Shown here: piece after piece, positions 19,271 through 29,353 of the stretch | How positions within the stretch are numbered: position 1 is the stretch's first letter | How the letters are laid out: each line of letters starts with the position of its first letter | From: Bdellovibrionales bacterium | GTDB lineage: Bacteria > Bdellovibrionota > UBA1018 > CAIMNF01 | Direction: 5' to 3' | DNA: 64,000 nt | Assembly: GCA_040380025.1 (NCBI GenBank) | Contig: JBEIJY010000002.1 | Span: forward strand, 1-64,000 | Made by a program: the position numbers and the translations under genes | The notes under the pieces: generated by a model | The model's input: the letters and a program-made list of their open reading frames with translations, nothing else | Told to the model about the DNA's origin: nothing | Database searches by the model: none

Positions 19271-20077
19271 TCAAGGCCCGGATTTGCCGACAAACGGGTC
19301 ATAGGCCTCTTCGGCCGGGCCTCGCGGCTCCGCCGACGGTCCCCGGCGCCGTTCGATCAGGGCAATGACGATCGTTGCGCCCTCGTACATCAGCATGAGG
19401 GGAGCCATGAGGAGCAACATCGAGATCGCATCGGGCGGGGCGATGAAGGCCGAAACCACCGTGATGCCGATGAAGGCATTCCGGCGTTGGGCACGCAAGG
19501 TGTCCGCACTCAGGAGGCCCAGGGACCCAAGCAGAATCAGCAAAACCGGAAGCTCGAACGCCGCCCCGAAAAGGAGCATGAGCTTCAGGCAGGTCCCGTA
19601 ATAGGCGTCGATGGTCAAAAGCGGGGTGTCGCCCGGAAGTCCGAACGAGACGAAATACTTGAATCCGATCGGAAACAGCACGAAGTACGCGAATGCCGCA
19701 CCGGCAAGAAAAAAGAAGCTCGCCGCCGCGACGAACGGCACCACAAGCCGGCGTTCACGCGGGTGGAGCCCCGGCGCGAGGAACGCCCAGAGCTCGTAAA
19801 AATAGTAGGGACTGAACAAAAAGATGGCCGAATAGCCCGCGATCTTCAGGTGGGTAAAGAAGTTCTCGAAAATCCCGGTAAAATAGAGCTTTCTTTGCTC
19901 GGGAGGGAGGGCCTCGAACAGGGGTTTCTGCAAAATCTCGAACACCGCCGCATTCGTGAAGAAATAACAAATCAGAAAGCCCCCCAGGAACACATAGAGG
20001 CTCCGGAGGAGGCGGCTTTTCAGCTCATCAAGGTGTTGCCAAAAGCCCATGGCGGCGGTTGAATGGTTCTGATCCAT
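19271..20077 (-). CDS. tatC: Twin-arginine translocase TatC
   Basis: HLDELKSRL, WAFLAPGL, FELP, PPDAISM. Confidence 0.92.
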   Translation of the reverse strand: MDQNHSTAAMGFWQHLDELKSRLLRSLYVFLGGFLICYFFTNAAVFEILQKPLFEALPPEQRKLYFTGIFENFFTHLKIAGYSAIFLFSPYYFYELWAFLAPGLHPRERRLVVPFVAAASFFFLAGAAFAYFVLFPIGFKYFVSFGLPGDTPLLTIDAYYGTCLKLMLLFGAAFELPVLLILLGSLGLLSADTLRAQRRNAFIGITVVSAFIAPPDAISMLLLMAPLMLMYEGATIVIALIERRRGPSAEPRGPAEEAYDPFVGKSGP

Positions 20078-20115
20078 CGGAACGGTATTGAAGGAACACG
20101 GAGGAATTGTCAACC

Positions 20116-20748
20116 ATGGCATCCCGCCACCGGTCAAAAAGAGTGCTTTCTGTCGCGATTTCCACCGCGTTTTTGCTCGCGGTGATCGCCGGCTATTTTG
20201 CGGTGATGAACAGGGGCAAGCCCGAAGAAGAGGACGCCGCGGAGGCCCTGGCGCGGAAGAGCCGGGTGTCGGCCGAACTCGAGGAGGCGCTCCGGGTCGA
20301 CGAAACTGGTCTGTCGCGCGCCACGGTGACGCTTCAGACCACCCGCGGGCGGATCCGGTTCCGGTTCTACACCGACGACGCCCCGAAGACCGTGCATCGG
20401 GTTGCCCAGTTGATCCGTTCGGGGTTTTACAACGGACTCACGTTTCATCGGGTCGAGCCCGGCTTTGTGATCCAGGGAGGAGACCCGACCGGTTCGGGCG
20501 AGGGCGGTTCGGGGGTCACGATCCCGGCCGAGTTCAATCGCAGGCGCCACGTCCCGGGCGCGGTGGCCATGGCCCGAAAGGCCGAAATCGATTCTGCCGA
20601 TTCGCAGTTTTACATCTCGCTCGGAAACCACCCAAGGCTCGACGGCACGTATACGGTCTTCGGGCAGGTCATCGAGGGGCTCGAGGTCGCGAACCAGATC
20701 CAGCCGGGCGACCGGATGACGGCCGTATCGATCGATCACGGACCTTGA
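20116..20748 (+). CDS. Cyclophilin-type peptidyl-prolyl isomerase, membrane anchored
   Basis: FYNGLTFHRVEPGFVIQGGDP, SQFYI, LDGTYTVFG. Confidence 0.9.
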   Translation: MASRHRSKRVLSVAISTAFLLAVIAGYFAVMNRGKPEEEDAAEALARKSRVSAELEEALRVDETGLSRATVTLQTTRGRIRFRFYTDDAPKTVHRVAQLIRSGFYNGLTFHRVEPGFVIQGGDPTGSGEGGSGVTIPAEFNRRRHVPGAVAMARKAEIDSADSQFYISLGNHPRLDGTYTVFGQVIEGLEVANQIQPGDRMTAVSIDHGP

Positions 20749-20792
20749 CGCATCTCTTTGCCCTTCGGAGCTCTTCGGAGTAGAGTTCCCGC

Positions 20793-21245
20793 ATGATTCG
20801 GTTTCGAGCGTATGGTGCAGGACTACTTTTGGTGATCGGAATGATTTGCGGGCAAAGCGCCCGCGCCGTCGGCGATAACCGCCTCGCGGTCTCGGCGGGC
20901 GTGGTGGTTCTCACCCGGCCAAGCGAGACGGTGTTCCAGATCGGAGGCGAGTTCGAGCATCAGGCGGATTCCTTCATCGGCTACGGGCTTCAGGGCAACT
21001 ACCTGTTCACGACTCCCGGAATCGGACTGCTTGCCGCGCCGATGGTTTATCTTCATCCGATCGGGACTGATTTTTATGTCTCTGCGGCGCCGCTCTTCCG
21101 GTTTTCTTCGGGCGTCGATGCGGGAGTGCGGCTTTCGACCCGTCTGCCGATCTCGCTCGGAGTGGTCTCGATCATCCCTTCGGGCAGTGTCGACTTCATC
21201 GACGGAAGGCAGAATTTCATTTTCGGTCTCGGCGTGCAGATTTGA
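20793..21245 (+). CDS. Small outer-membrane beta-barrel-like protein
   Basis: Signal peptide, alternating hydrophobic strands, C-terminal FGLGVQI. Confidence 0.5.
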   Translation: MIRFRAYGAGLLLVIGMICGQSARAVGDNRLAVSAGVVVLTRPSETVFQIGGEFEHQADSFIGYGLQGNYLFTTPGIGLLAAPMVYLHPIGTDFYVSAAPLFRFSSGVDAGVRLSTRLPISLGVVSIIPSGSVDFIDGRQNFIFGLGVQI

Positions 21246-21834
21246 TCCCGAGGCGCTCGAGCGTGCGGGCGGCACGCGCGCTTCCGGTGCGGTTCCACAT
21301 TTCGTAAATCCGCAGCTGGTCCTGGTCGGTCTTGGCGAAGGTCGTGGCCTCCGAAACCTCGCTCAAAACATCGACACACCGGCCGAACTGGTCTGAGAGC
21401 TCCGAAAACAAATCCTGAAAATGCCGGTCATCGCTTCTTCGTGCGGCGTTCTGGTAAGCGGACCCCCCGAGGCCGATGAAGTACCCGAGGTCGAGATTGG
21501 AGCGACGGAGCCGCTCTTGGAAGAACCCCGCAAAAAAGAGCGAGATGTCGCCCACGTTCTGAAACAGCGCCTTTTGTTCGGGAACGGCTCCCGCCTCGAG
21601 CGCTTCTTTGTACAAAAACGCGATCGGTTGCTCCTGCAGGCCTCCGTTCCGGTCGCGCGAGTAAAGCGCATCGCTGAAGATGAAGCGCTTCATGAGCCGC
21701 ACCACATAGAACTCGGTCTCGGGCATGAGCTTGACCTGCTGATGATCGATTGCGGTTCTCACCATCTCAAAGAAGAAGGATTCCGGGGTGGTGTCCAGGG
21801 TGAGCGACTGGGATTCGCGTGGTTTTTCGCCCAT
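21217..21834 (-). CDS. Hypothetical protein
   Basis: Coding-like composition (GDISLFFAGFF, YFIGLGGSAY); own TATAAT promoter; alternative GTG start at 21852. Confidence 0.7.
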   Translation of the reverse strand: MGEKPRESQSLTLDTTPESFFFEMVRTAIDHQQVKLMPETEFYVVRLMKRFIFSDALYSRDRNGGLQEQPIAFLYKEALEAGAVPEQKALFQNVGDISLFFAGFFQERLRRSNLDLGYFIGLGGSAYQNAARRSDDRHFQDLFSELSDQFGRCVDVLSEVSEATTFAKTDQDQLRIYEMWNRTGSARAARTLERLGIKSARRDRK

Positions 21835-21915
21835 GAGTAAAGGCCCCTCCACATTTCATTATACCTTGAAATCCGGAGAGGCCTCAATCTGTCAACTTTT
21901 TGTCAATCGAACCCG

Positions 21916-24534
21916 TTAACCCACGACCACAGTGACGTGGTGGGGCTTCAGGTAGAGCCGCTCGCACACCTTGCGAACCGAGTCTGCGGTGACCCGCATC
22001 ACCCGTTTCCGGATCGTGCTCTCGAGCGCCACCTGGTCCTTATAAAGGAGCTCAAGGCCGAAGGAGCTCGCGATCGCCCAGGAGCTTTGCATGTCCATCG
22101 CCCGTTGGCCGAGGTAGTAGTTCTTGGCCCGCTCCATCTCTTTTGCGGTGGGGCCTTTCTTTGCCAGCTCCTCGAGAACCTTCCGCATTCCCTGGATCGC
22201 CTCGTCTTTTTTGTTGGGCGCACACGCAATGTAGGTGCCGACGTAGCCGGTTTCGATTCCCTCCATGCTCATCGGGGCGACCGTGTAGGCCATCGAGCGC
22301 TTCTCGCGAAGTTCGATGAAGAGTCTTCCGCTTTGTCCGCCCAGGATGTTCTGCAGAATCCGGAGCGCGTAGCGATCCTCATGGTGCATCGAGAGCCCGA
22401 ACCCGCCCACGATGATGTGGGTCTGCTCGCGCTCGAAGTTCGCGCCCGCCCACCGCGGGGCCTTGAGCGGGGGAGGCGGGGGAATCAGCCCCTGACTGAA
22501 GGTGCTCTTGCGCTTCGAAAGCTCGTGGTCGAACTCGGTGAGCCATGACTCGACCTCATCGCGCGAAACTCCGCCCACGATCGAGAGCGCCATGTTCTTC
22601 GGGGTGATGAACGTGTCGTGCAGGGTGACCAGATCATCGCGTCCGAGTGCGGTCAGTTGCTCGATCGATCCGAGCGGGTGCTTTCCGTAGGGATGGTCCT
22701 CGAAGAGGTTCTCGAGGAAGAGCTTCGAGCAGACTTGCGAGGAGTGATCCGGAATCGACCGGATTTGCTCTTCGGTCACCCGTTTTGCGTGCTGGATCTC
22801 ATCGTCCGGAAAAGTCGCATCAAACAGCACCTCGGTGAACAGGCCCGAGAGCTTCTCCCAGTCGCGCACGAGCCCCGTGGATTGCAGTCCCACGGTGTTG
22901 CGCCCGCCGAATCCGTCGAGCGAGGCCGCGCTGCCCTCGACAATCTTGCTGATCTCTTTCGACGAATGAGTGGGAGTCCCCTTGGCCCAGGTCCGGGCCA
23001 GCAGATTGCTCGCTCCCCAGTAGCGCGGGCTCACCATGAGCTCCGAGCGCGATCCCCCGAAGGCCGAGGCATGGAGCGAATACACGGGAACGCCCGGACG
23101 CTCGAACCACGAAACCTGAAGCCCCGACGGGGTGGTGAACACCTCGGGCTCGAGGGCCTCGGTCGGCTTGAAGCGCGGAATCGAGGCGGGCCGGACTTTC
23201 GGAAGATCTTCCAGGACGGGCAGGATGTCTTCGAAGGGCCGCAGGGTTTCGCCTTTCGGTTGGAATAGAACGGCACTCATCCGGTCGGCGCCGAGATACT
23301 CGTGCGCCAGGCGCTTCAGGGTCGAGGAGTTCGCCGTGCGGATGTGCTCGAGGTAGCTCGAATCGAACTTCAGGTCCCCGAGCGAGAATCGCAAGAATCC
23401 GAGCCTGCCGGCGAGACCGTCGACGGTCTGCGTGGCATAGAGCTTCTCGCTCTCGACATTCGCGATCACGCGGTCGACTTCTTCTTTTTTGACATCCCCT
23501 TCGGCAACCGCCTTGATCTCATCCACCAGGGCGCGCATCACGGGCGCGAAATCGACCGTGGTTTTCAGCTCGGCCGAGAGCAGGAACATTCCGGGATCCT
23601 TCGGGATGTACACGCTCGCACTCGCATCGGTGACGAGGGATTTCTCGTAAAAGAGCTTCTGGTACAACCGCGAGGACTCTCCCGATCCGAGCACTCCGGC
23701 CAGCACTTCCAGAAGGGGCGCATCGGGATGCTTCAGGTCCGGGGCGCGGAACGAAATTGCGAGCTCCGGGTTCTTGATGTCGAAGTGCCGGGCGAGGAAG
23801 CGCGCTTTCTGGCCCGGTTTTTCGTGCACGGTCGTGACGGCGGCGCCGGAGCGTTTCGGGATCGTGCCCGAGCCGAAGCGTTTTTCGAGGATCGAGAGGA
23901 GCTTGCGCTTGCGCGATCCGTTCCGGTCGTTCAGGGGCCCGACCAGTACGAGGCCCATTTTTTCGGACACGTAATTCCGGCGATAGTAGGCCTCGAGCTT
24001 TTGCACGGTCGCGGCCTTCAGGATCTTCGCAAAGCCGATCACGGGACGGCCGTAGGGATGCTTCCGGTAGGTGAGTCCGAAGAGGCTTTGATACAGCTGG
24101 CGGTCCGGGGAGTCTTCTCCGCGCCGGAGCTCTTCGAGAATCACCTCGCGTTCGCGCTCGAAGTCCTCCTTCAGGAACCGCTGGGGCTTGGCCATCATGC
24201 CGAACTGGTCGATCGCCTTCTCCCAATACTGCTCCGAGCAGGTCACATGGTAAACGGTCTGATCGAAGGTGGTGTAGGCGTTGATCTCGCCGCCGAGGGA
24301 CTCGATCACGCGAGCGGTATTGCCGGTCGAGGCAACGCCCGTTTCTTTCGCGCCCGCATCTTTGAACAACATGTGCTCGAGAAAATGCGCAAAGCCCGCT
24401 TCGTCGGGGCGCTCGTCCGTGCTTCCGGTGCGGTTCCACCAGTGGAAGGTTCCCACGGCTCCGTTCAGGTTTTGCAGGATCACGGGGATTCCGTTCGAGA
24501 GGCGGTGCTCTTCGGCTTGGTCGATTCCGTTCAT
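21916..24534 (-). CDS. M16 (pitrilysin/insulinase) zinc peptidase, two-module
   Basis: AHFLEHMLFK inverted HXXEH; NAYTTFDQTVY; SGRLFIELREKR. Confidence 0.92.
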   Translation of the reverse strand: MNGIDQAEEHRLSNGIPVILQNLNGAVGTFHWWNRTGSTDERPDEAGFAHFLEHMLFKDAGAKETGVASTGNTARVIESLGGEINAYTTFDQTVYHVTCSEQYWEKAIDQFGMMAKPQRFLKEDFEREREVILEELRRGEDSPDRQLYQSLFGLTYRKHPYGRPVIGFAKILKAATVQKLEAYYRRNYVSEKMGLVLVGPLNDRNGSRKRKLLSILEKRFGSGTIPKRSGAAVTTVHEKPGQKARFLARHFDIKNPELAISFRAPDLKHPDAPLLEVLAGVLGSGESSRLYQKLFYEKSLVTDASASVYIPKDPGMFLLSAELKTTVDFAPVMRALVDEIKAVAEGDVKKEEVDRVIANVESEKLYATQTVDGLAGRLGFLRFSLGDLKFDSSYLEHIRTANSSTLKRLAHEYLGADRMSAVLFQPKGETLRPFEDILPVLEDLPKVRPASIPRFKPTEALEPEVFTTPSGLQVSWFERPGVPVYSLHASAFGGSRSELMVSPRYWGASNLLARTWAKGTPTHSSKEISKIVEGSAASLDGFGGRNTVGLQSTGLVRDWEKLSGLFTEVLFDATFPDDEIQHAKRVTEEQIRSIPDHSSQVCSKLFLENLFEDHPYGKHPLGSIEQLTALGRDDLVTLHDTFITPKNMALSIVGGVSRDEVESWLTEFDHELSKRKSTFSQGLIPPPPPLKAPRWAGANFEREQTHIIVGGFGLSMHHEDRYALRILQNILGGQSGRLFIELREKRSMAYTVAPMSMEGIETGYVGTYIACAPNKKDEAIQGMRKVLEELAKKGPTAKEMERAKNYYLGQRAMDMQSSWAIASSFGLELLYKDQVALESTIRKRVMRVTADSVRKVCERLYLKPHHVTVVVG

Positions 24535-24671
24535 GGGTACGCTCCTTTGAAAGCACGGAGTATCACCTGTTTTGTCTTAAAATTCCGCAAATTTAAATGA
24601 CGCAGCGAGCAAGTGTTTGGCTCGAAAAAAACCGGCGAAGAATCCGATGAAGTTCGCTAGAATGAACGAAG

Positions 24672-25136
24672 ATGATTACGGTCAATAAACAGCCGGTCCC
24701 GGATGGGCTTCTCGTGGAGATCGCGGGAGCCATCGAAGAGAACGTGAATCTCGATCAGATGATCGGGCCCGTGAACGGCGTCCTCGTCGTGAATTGCAAG
24801 GGCGTGACCCGGATCAACTCCGTCGGGGTCAAGACCTGGATGAAGTACTTCCAGGGCTTGAAGGCCGCAGGCAAAGCCTTTCGCTTTGTCGAGTGCTCCC
24901 AGCCGATCATCGAGCAGTTGAATATGATCTCGAATTTTTCGTGCGGGGGCGAGATCGAATCGATTTTGCTGCCATACTCCTGCGGCAAGTGCCACAAGGA
25001 GTTCGTTGCGGCTTGCTCCACCCGCGAGCTCCGCGAGGGCGGCCTGCAGGCGCCGATCGCCCGCTGCGAGAAGCCCGATTGCGGGGCGCAGTTTGACGAC
25101 GATCCCGAAGAATACTTCTACTTCCTGGAGGACTGA
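24672..25136 (+). CDS. STAS-like anti-anti-sigma protein with C-terminal Cys cluster
   Basis: VTRINSVGV phospho-Ser loop motif; CGKC...CEKPDC. Confidence 0.65.
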   Translation: MITVNKQPVPDGLLVEIAGAIEENVNLDQMIGPVNGVLVVNCKGVTRINSVGVKTWMKYFQGLKAAGKAFRFVECSQPIIEQLNMISNFSCGGEIESILLPYSCGKCHKEFVAACSTRELREGGLQAPIARCEKPDCGAQFDDDPEEYFYFLED

Positions 25137-25141
25137 GCCGG

Positions 25142-26119
25142 ATGGTTTCGGAGCTTCTGCTGGTTTCCTCGCATCCGGATGATCCGTCTTTTTTGGCCGG
25201 TGTCGCCGCCGTCACGGGATCGCAAATCAAGACCGCCCCCGGCCCTGCCGCGGCCGCCGATCTGCTCGGAACCCGCCCGTTCGAGGGCATCTTCATTGAT
25301 GTCTCGAGTCTCCGTTTGCTCCGGGATCTCGAGATGGAAGTCCAAAAACGATATGGACTTCTGGGCGATCAGATCCAGGCCTCGCGGGTGCACTTCATCG
25401 GCGACCGATCCCTCGACGAAAATCGCGATGTCGTCCAAAGCCCTTTTTTCGGGAGCTATTTTGTGAGGCCGCCGGCCGCGTCCCTCGAGGAGTCGGCCGC
25501 GTTTTACGGCCGCATGATGAAGTCCAATGCCGGCGACGGCTCCCGGGTGATCGATTCCCTCTTGGGCGAGGAGGGCGATGTGCAATCGCTGGTGCTCCAC
25601 CGCTCCGGACAAAAACAAGAAGCCATCGAGGCCCTCCGGCAGTATCTGCTCGAGGCGCAGATTCCCGCCCGGATCGGAAATGCCATCGGGAATTCCGTCG
25701 ACGAGCTCATCATGAACGCCCTGTTCGATGCACCCACCGACGACTTCGGAAAGCCGCTTTATTCGTTTCATGCCCGGAATCAGGACCGCGTGCTGTCTCC
25801 GGTCGAAGAGGTGTCGATCAAGATCGGGTTTGACGGCCGCCGTGTGGTGGTGAGCGTGCTCGATCAGTTCGGGGCGATCGACCGCAACCGGCTTCTTCAT
25901 CACGCCTCGATCAGTTATCGAAACCACGAATACAACCCGAAGCAGGGTGGGGCGGGAGCCGGGCTCGGTCTGGCGTACATTCTCTCGACCGGGGCGAGCC
26001 TGGTGTACCACTGCGAGACAGGAAAGAGCACCTCAGCCATTCTTGTGGCCGAGGTGTTTCCGAACTATCGCGAATACAAAGCGCAATTCCAAATCTTCTC
26101 GGTGCGATTCCATGGGTGA
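25142..26119 (+). CDS. RsbW/SpoIIAB-like HATPase_c protein with N-terminal extension
   Basis: DELIMNA N-box, LDQFG G1 box, GAGAGLGL G2 box. Confidence 0.7.
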   Translation: MVSELLLVSSHPDDPSFLAGVAAVTGSQIKTAPGPAAAADLLGTRPFEGIFIDVSSLRLLRDLEMEVQKRYGLLGDQIQASRVHFIGDRSLDENRDVVQSPFFGSYFVRPPAASLEESAAFYGRMMKSNAGDGSRVIDSLLGEEGDVQSLVLHRSGQKQEAIEALRQYLLEAQIPARIGNAIGNSVDELIMNALFDAPTDDFGKPLYSFHARNQDRVLSPVEEVSIKIGFDGRRVVVSVLDQFGAIDRNRLLHHASISYRNHEYNPKQGGAGAGLGLAYILSTGASLVYHCETGKSTSAILVAEVFPNYREYKAQFQIFSVRFHG

Positions 26120-26711
26120 ACGGATCATTCTTGCCTCAGGTTCTCCCCGGCGGAAGGAATTGCTCGCGCTTGCAGGATTGCACTTCGAGGTCCGGGTTTC
26201 GGAGGTCGACGAAGAGCCGAAGCGGGGGGAACTCCCGCACCGGATGGTCCGGAGGCTTTCGCGCGAAAAAGCCTTCGAGGTCGCAAAGCAGGTTTTGCAT
26301 GCGGATGCACCGGTTCTCATCATCGCAGCCGACACCACCGTGGTCAGTCCGGCCGGAAAAAACCTGGGCAAGCCCCGCGATGAGGCCGAGGCCGTTCGCA
26401 TGGTCCATGCGCTTCAGGGGCGCACGCACCGGGTGCACACGGGTTATTCGATCCTGAAGATTTCAGACAAGGCAGTAACCCGCGTGATTTCCCGCGTGGT
26501 CACCACACGGGTCACCCTGAAGAGCATGAGCAGGGTCGAGATCCGCGAGTATGTCGCGAAAGGCGAATGCCTCGACAAGGCGGGGGCCTATGCGGCGCAG
26601 GGGCACGGCATGGCGCTGATCGAGAAGATCTCCGGTAGCTACACCAACGTCGTGGGAATTCCCGTGACCCAGGTGCTTTCGGATTTGAGGGCTTTGGGAT
26701 GGAGTCCCTAG
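26112..26711 (+). CDS. maf: Maf family nucleoside triphosphate pyrophosphatase
   Basis: ILASGSPRRKELL, AADTTV, GKPRD, DKAGAY, SYTNVVG. Confidence 0.95.
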   Translation: MGERIILASGSPRRKELLALAGLHFEVRVSEVDEEPKRGELPHRMVRRLSREKAFEVAKQVLHADAPVLIIAADTTVVSPAGKNLGKPRDEAEAVRMVHALQGRTHRVHTGYSILKISDKAVTRVISRVVTTRVTLKSMSRVEIREYVAKGECLDKAGAYAAQGHGMALIEKISGSYTNVVGIPVTQVLSDLRALGWSP

Positions 26712-27397
26712 CAGCAATCCGGCAGAAGATCCTCGAGAGTTCGCATCGTGCGGGGCGGGCGGAACCGCCTCTTCTTCTTGCGGTCAGCAAATTCCAACCG
26801 GTCGAAAAAATGCGGGCGCTCTACGAACAGGGCCAGCGCGACTTCGGAGAAAACTACGTGCAGGAGCTGGTCGCGAAGGCGGGCGAGTTCCGTGCCCAAG
26901 GCATCCCGGACGCGCGCTTTCACTTCATCGGAAAGCTCCAGACCAACAAAGTAAAGGCGTTGTTGCCGGCGGTTTCGGCGATCCACTCGGTTGATTCCCT
27001 GAAGCTCCTTCGCGAGATCGCAAAGCGGGGGCGCGAGGCCGGGCTCACCCCTTCGGTGTATTTTCAGGTGAACATCGACCGCGAAGAGACGAAGTCCGGG
27101 TTCTTGGAAGAGGATCTTCCCGAGCTCTGCAATGCGCTTCGGGAGACCGCGCTCCAAGAGGATTTCGCGATCAGGCCCCTCGGCCTCATGGCGATTCCCG
27201 ATCCGCAAAAAAATCCGGCCGGAGCGTTCGAGCGGATGCGCGAACTTTCGGGCAAGCACGGCGGGACACTCGGAGCGGGGCTTTCGATGGGAATGTCGGG
27301 AGATTATGAAGAAGCGATCCGGCACGGGGCCACGGTGATCCGGATCGGCACGGCCTTGTTCGGGGAGCGAAAGTCGGGACTTCCGTCCGATACTTGA
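26699..27397 (+). CDS. yggS: PLP homeostasis protein
   Basis: LAVSKF, FGENYVQE, HFIGKLQTNK, LSMGMSGD, RIGTALFG. Confidence 0.95.
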   Translation: MESLAAIRQKILESSHRAGRAEPPLLLAVSKFQPVEKMRALYEQGQRDFGENYVQELVAKAGEFRAQGIPDARFHFIGKLQTNKVKALLPAVSAIHSVDSLKLLREIAKRGREAGLTPSVYFQVNIDREETKSGFLEEDLPELCNALRETALQEDFAIRPLGLMAIPDPQKNPAGAFERMRELSGKHGGTLGAGLSMGMSGDYEEAIRHGATVIRIGTALFGERKSGLPSDT

Positions 27398-27403
27398 GAG
27401 GGA

Positions 27404-28246
27404 TTACTTCTTCAGCAGGCCGATCTCGCGGAGCCGTTGCTTCAGGTAGTCTCCGGCTGTCATGCCTTTGCCGAGGAGGACCTCGGGACGCGGATGCAAA
27501 AAGAGGGGCATCGAGTAGCGCGGAAGTTTGGCGTCCGGTCCCCTCGGGTTCACCACGCGATGCGGAGTCGACTTGTAGAACCCGCCCGAGGCGAGCTGGA
27601 GCATGTCGCCCGCATTGATTGCAATGCTGCCCGGATCGCAGGGCACCGAGTGCCAACGTCCGGCGGTGTCCTGAACCTCGAGCCCTGCGGCGGTGGCCGA
27701 GCACAAAAGCGTGATCAGGTTGATGTCCTCGTGTGCGGCCGCGCGGATCGCGCCCTCTTCTTCTCCTCCCGAGATCGGGGGGTAATGGATCACACGCAAG
27801 AGATTCTCGGGAGAGTCGGTGATCATGCCGGGCAGGGGCATGCTGAATCCCGCCCGCACGGTTTCGGGAGAGGAGTTTTGGATCCAGCCCAGAAGCTCCC
27901 CGCCCATCTTCACGAGCTGCTGATACAAGTTCATCGTGTCGGCTTCGAGGGTCGCGGGCATTCTCGAGCGCGGATACACGTGGAAGAACTCCTTCAGGTC
28001 CTTGATGGGGTTGTCTTTGGCGTTCTCGGAGCGGAACGGAAAATACCCCGCCTGGGATTCGGCGGCGAAGGTGTAGCCATGTTTTTCTTCGGAGGCGAAG
28101 AACTCCGCCCACAATCGGTACACGCGGTTCACGAGATCCATCGGGATCGGATGATCGGTGATCACGGCGAATCCCGTGGTCTTCAGGGATTCGCAAAAAC
28201 GCTGAGGGGCATTGGCCTCGCCATACTTGACTTTCAACACGTCCAT
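27404..28246 (-). CDS. 2OG-Fe(II) oxygenase, isopenicillin N synthase family
   Basis: LRVIHYPP, HED...H(RV) facial triad, RYS motif. Confidence 0.88.
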   Translation of the reverse strand: MDVLKVKYGEANAPQRFCESLKTTGFAVITDHPIPMDLVNRVYRLWAEFFASEEKHGYTFAAESQAGYFPFRSENAKDNPIKDLKEFFHVYPRSRMPATLEADTMNLYQQLVKMGGELLGWIQNSSPETVRAGFSMPLPGMITDSPENLLRVIHYPPISGGEEEGAIRAAAHEDINLITLLCSATAAGLEVQDTAGRWHSVPCDPGSIAINAGDMLQLASGGFYKSTPHRVVNPRGPDAKLPRYSMPLFLHPRPEVLLGKGMTAGDYLKQRLREIGLLKK

Positions 28247-28327
28247 GGTCCGAAACTATCATCCCCGGCATTCAAAAACAAACGAAAATCCCTCGCAAAA
28301 CCGGCCATTTGACGCGAAGATGGAATC

Positions 28328-29242
28328 ATGACGCCCATGAAGGAACAGCAACTCGCCCGGATCCGCAAGCAGTTCCACTCGCTCAAGGTACGCGAGGAAT
28401 CCGCCACGGGGTGGGGCCGCCGATCGATCGTGGTCCGCAAGTTCCTCGGCGTCATCCGGCATGAGCTGGTCCGGAACGATGTCGCCTTGCAGGCACAGGC
28501 GCTTTCGTTTTTCACCCTGTTTTCGATTCTTCCCCTGCTTGCGGGCATGTTCCTCGTGCTCGGTTTTTTTTCGCAATGGGGTCCCGTCCAAAAAGAATTC
28601 GAGGAGATCCTCCGGAGTCTTCTCTCTTCGATTCCCGAGGACCAGCGAAAAACCCTGTTCGAATTCCTGATCGCATTCCGGAATCGCTATCTTTCGGATC
28701 TCCATCGCAAGGGAGGATCGCTCGGGATTTTCGCATTCTCGGTTTTGATCTGGATCGGCGCCCGGGTGTACCTGAACATCGAGGCGCTCATGAACCGGAT
28801 CTGGTCGGTTCGCTCGAAGGGGCATTGGATCCTGCGGATCCGGAACTTCATCCTCGTCACCGGCTTCGCCCCGGTTTTTTGCGTCGTTGCCGTCTCGCTC
28901 CCGCCCCTTTTCGCCGGGATTTCCGTCCTGCTGGTTTTCGGGGTTCTGGTGGCCCTCCTTCGGTTCGTGCCGAATGCGCGCGTCGGCTGGACAAGCGCAT
29001 TCGGAGGAGCCCTTGCCGGCGCCGTCGGGTTCGAACTCACGAACCTTCTGCTCGGGGTTTACTTCCGGTTCGGTACCCACTCGGCGTATGGAAAGGTCGC
29101 GGTTCTGCCGATTTTCGGGCTTTTCATCTATGCAGCCTGGCTCATCTTCATCTTCGCGGTGATGACGAGCCGGATGATCGAACAGGGCGCGGAGGTGCTC
29201 GGAACAGGAGCGTCCCGCTCCGGCACGGCAACAGAAAGTTGA
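28328..29242 (+). CDS. YihY/virulence factor BrkB family membrane protein
   Basis: AQALSFFTLFSILP, ALMNRIW, AYG..LPI. Confidence 0.85.
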   Translation: MTPMKEQQLARIRKQFHSLKVREESATGWGRRSIVVRKFLGVIRHELVRNDVALQAQALSFFTLFSILPLLAGMFLVLGFFSQWGPVQKEFEEILRSLLSSIPEDQRKTLFEFLIAFRNRYLSDLHRKGGSLGIFAFSVLIWIGARVYLNIEALMNRIWSVRSKGHWILRIRNFILVTGFAPVFCVVAVSLPPLFAGISVLLVFGVLVALLRFVPNARVGWTSAFGGALAGAVGFELTNLLLGVYFRFGTHSAYGKVAVLPIFGLFIYAAWLIFIFAVMTSRMIEQGAEVLGTGASRSGTATES

Positions 29243-29353
29243 CGTTTTTTCGGCCATTTTCTCTTATATGCGGGTTGATGCGCCAAAAAGTGTGTCAAAA
29301 AAAACACATCTGACATTTTCAAATTCTGTTGAGTATCATCTTAGATCGGAAGG

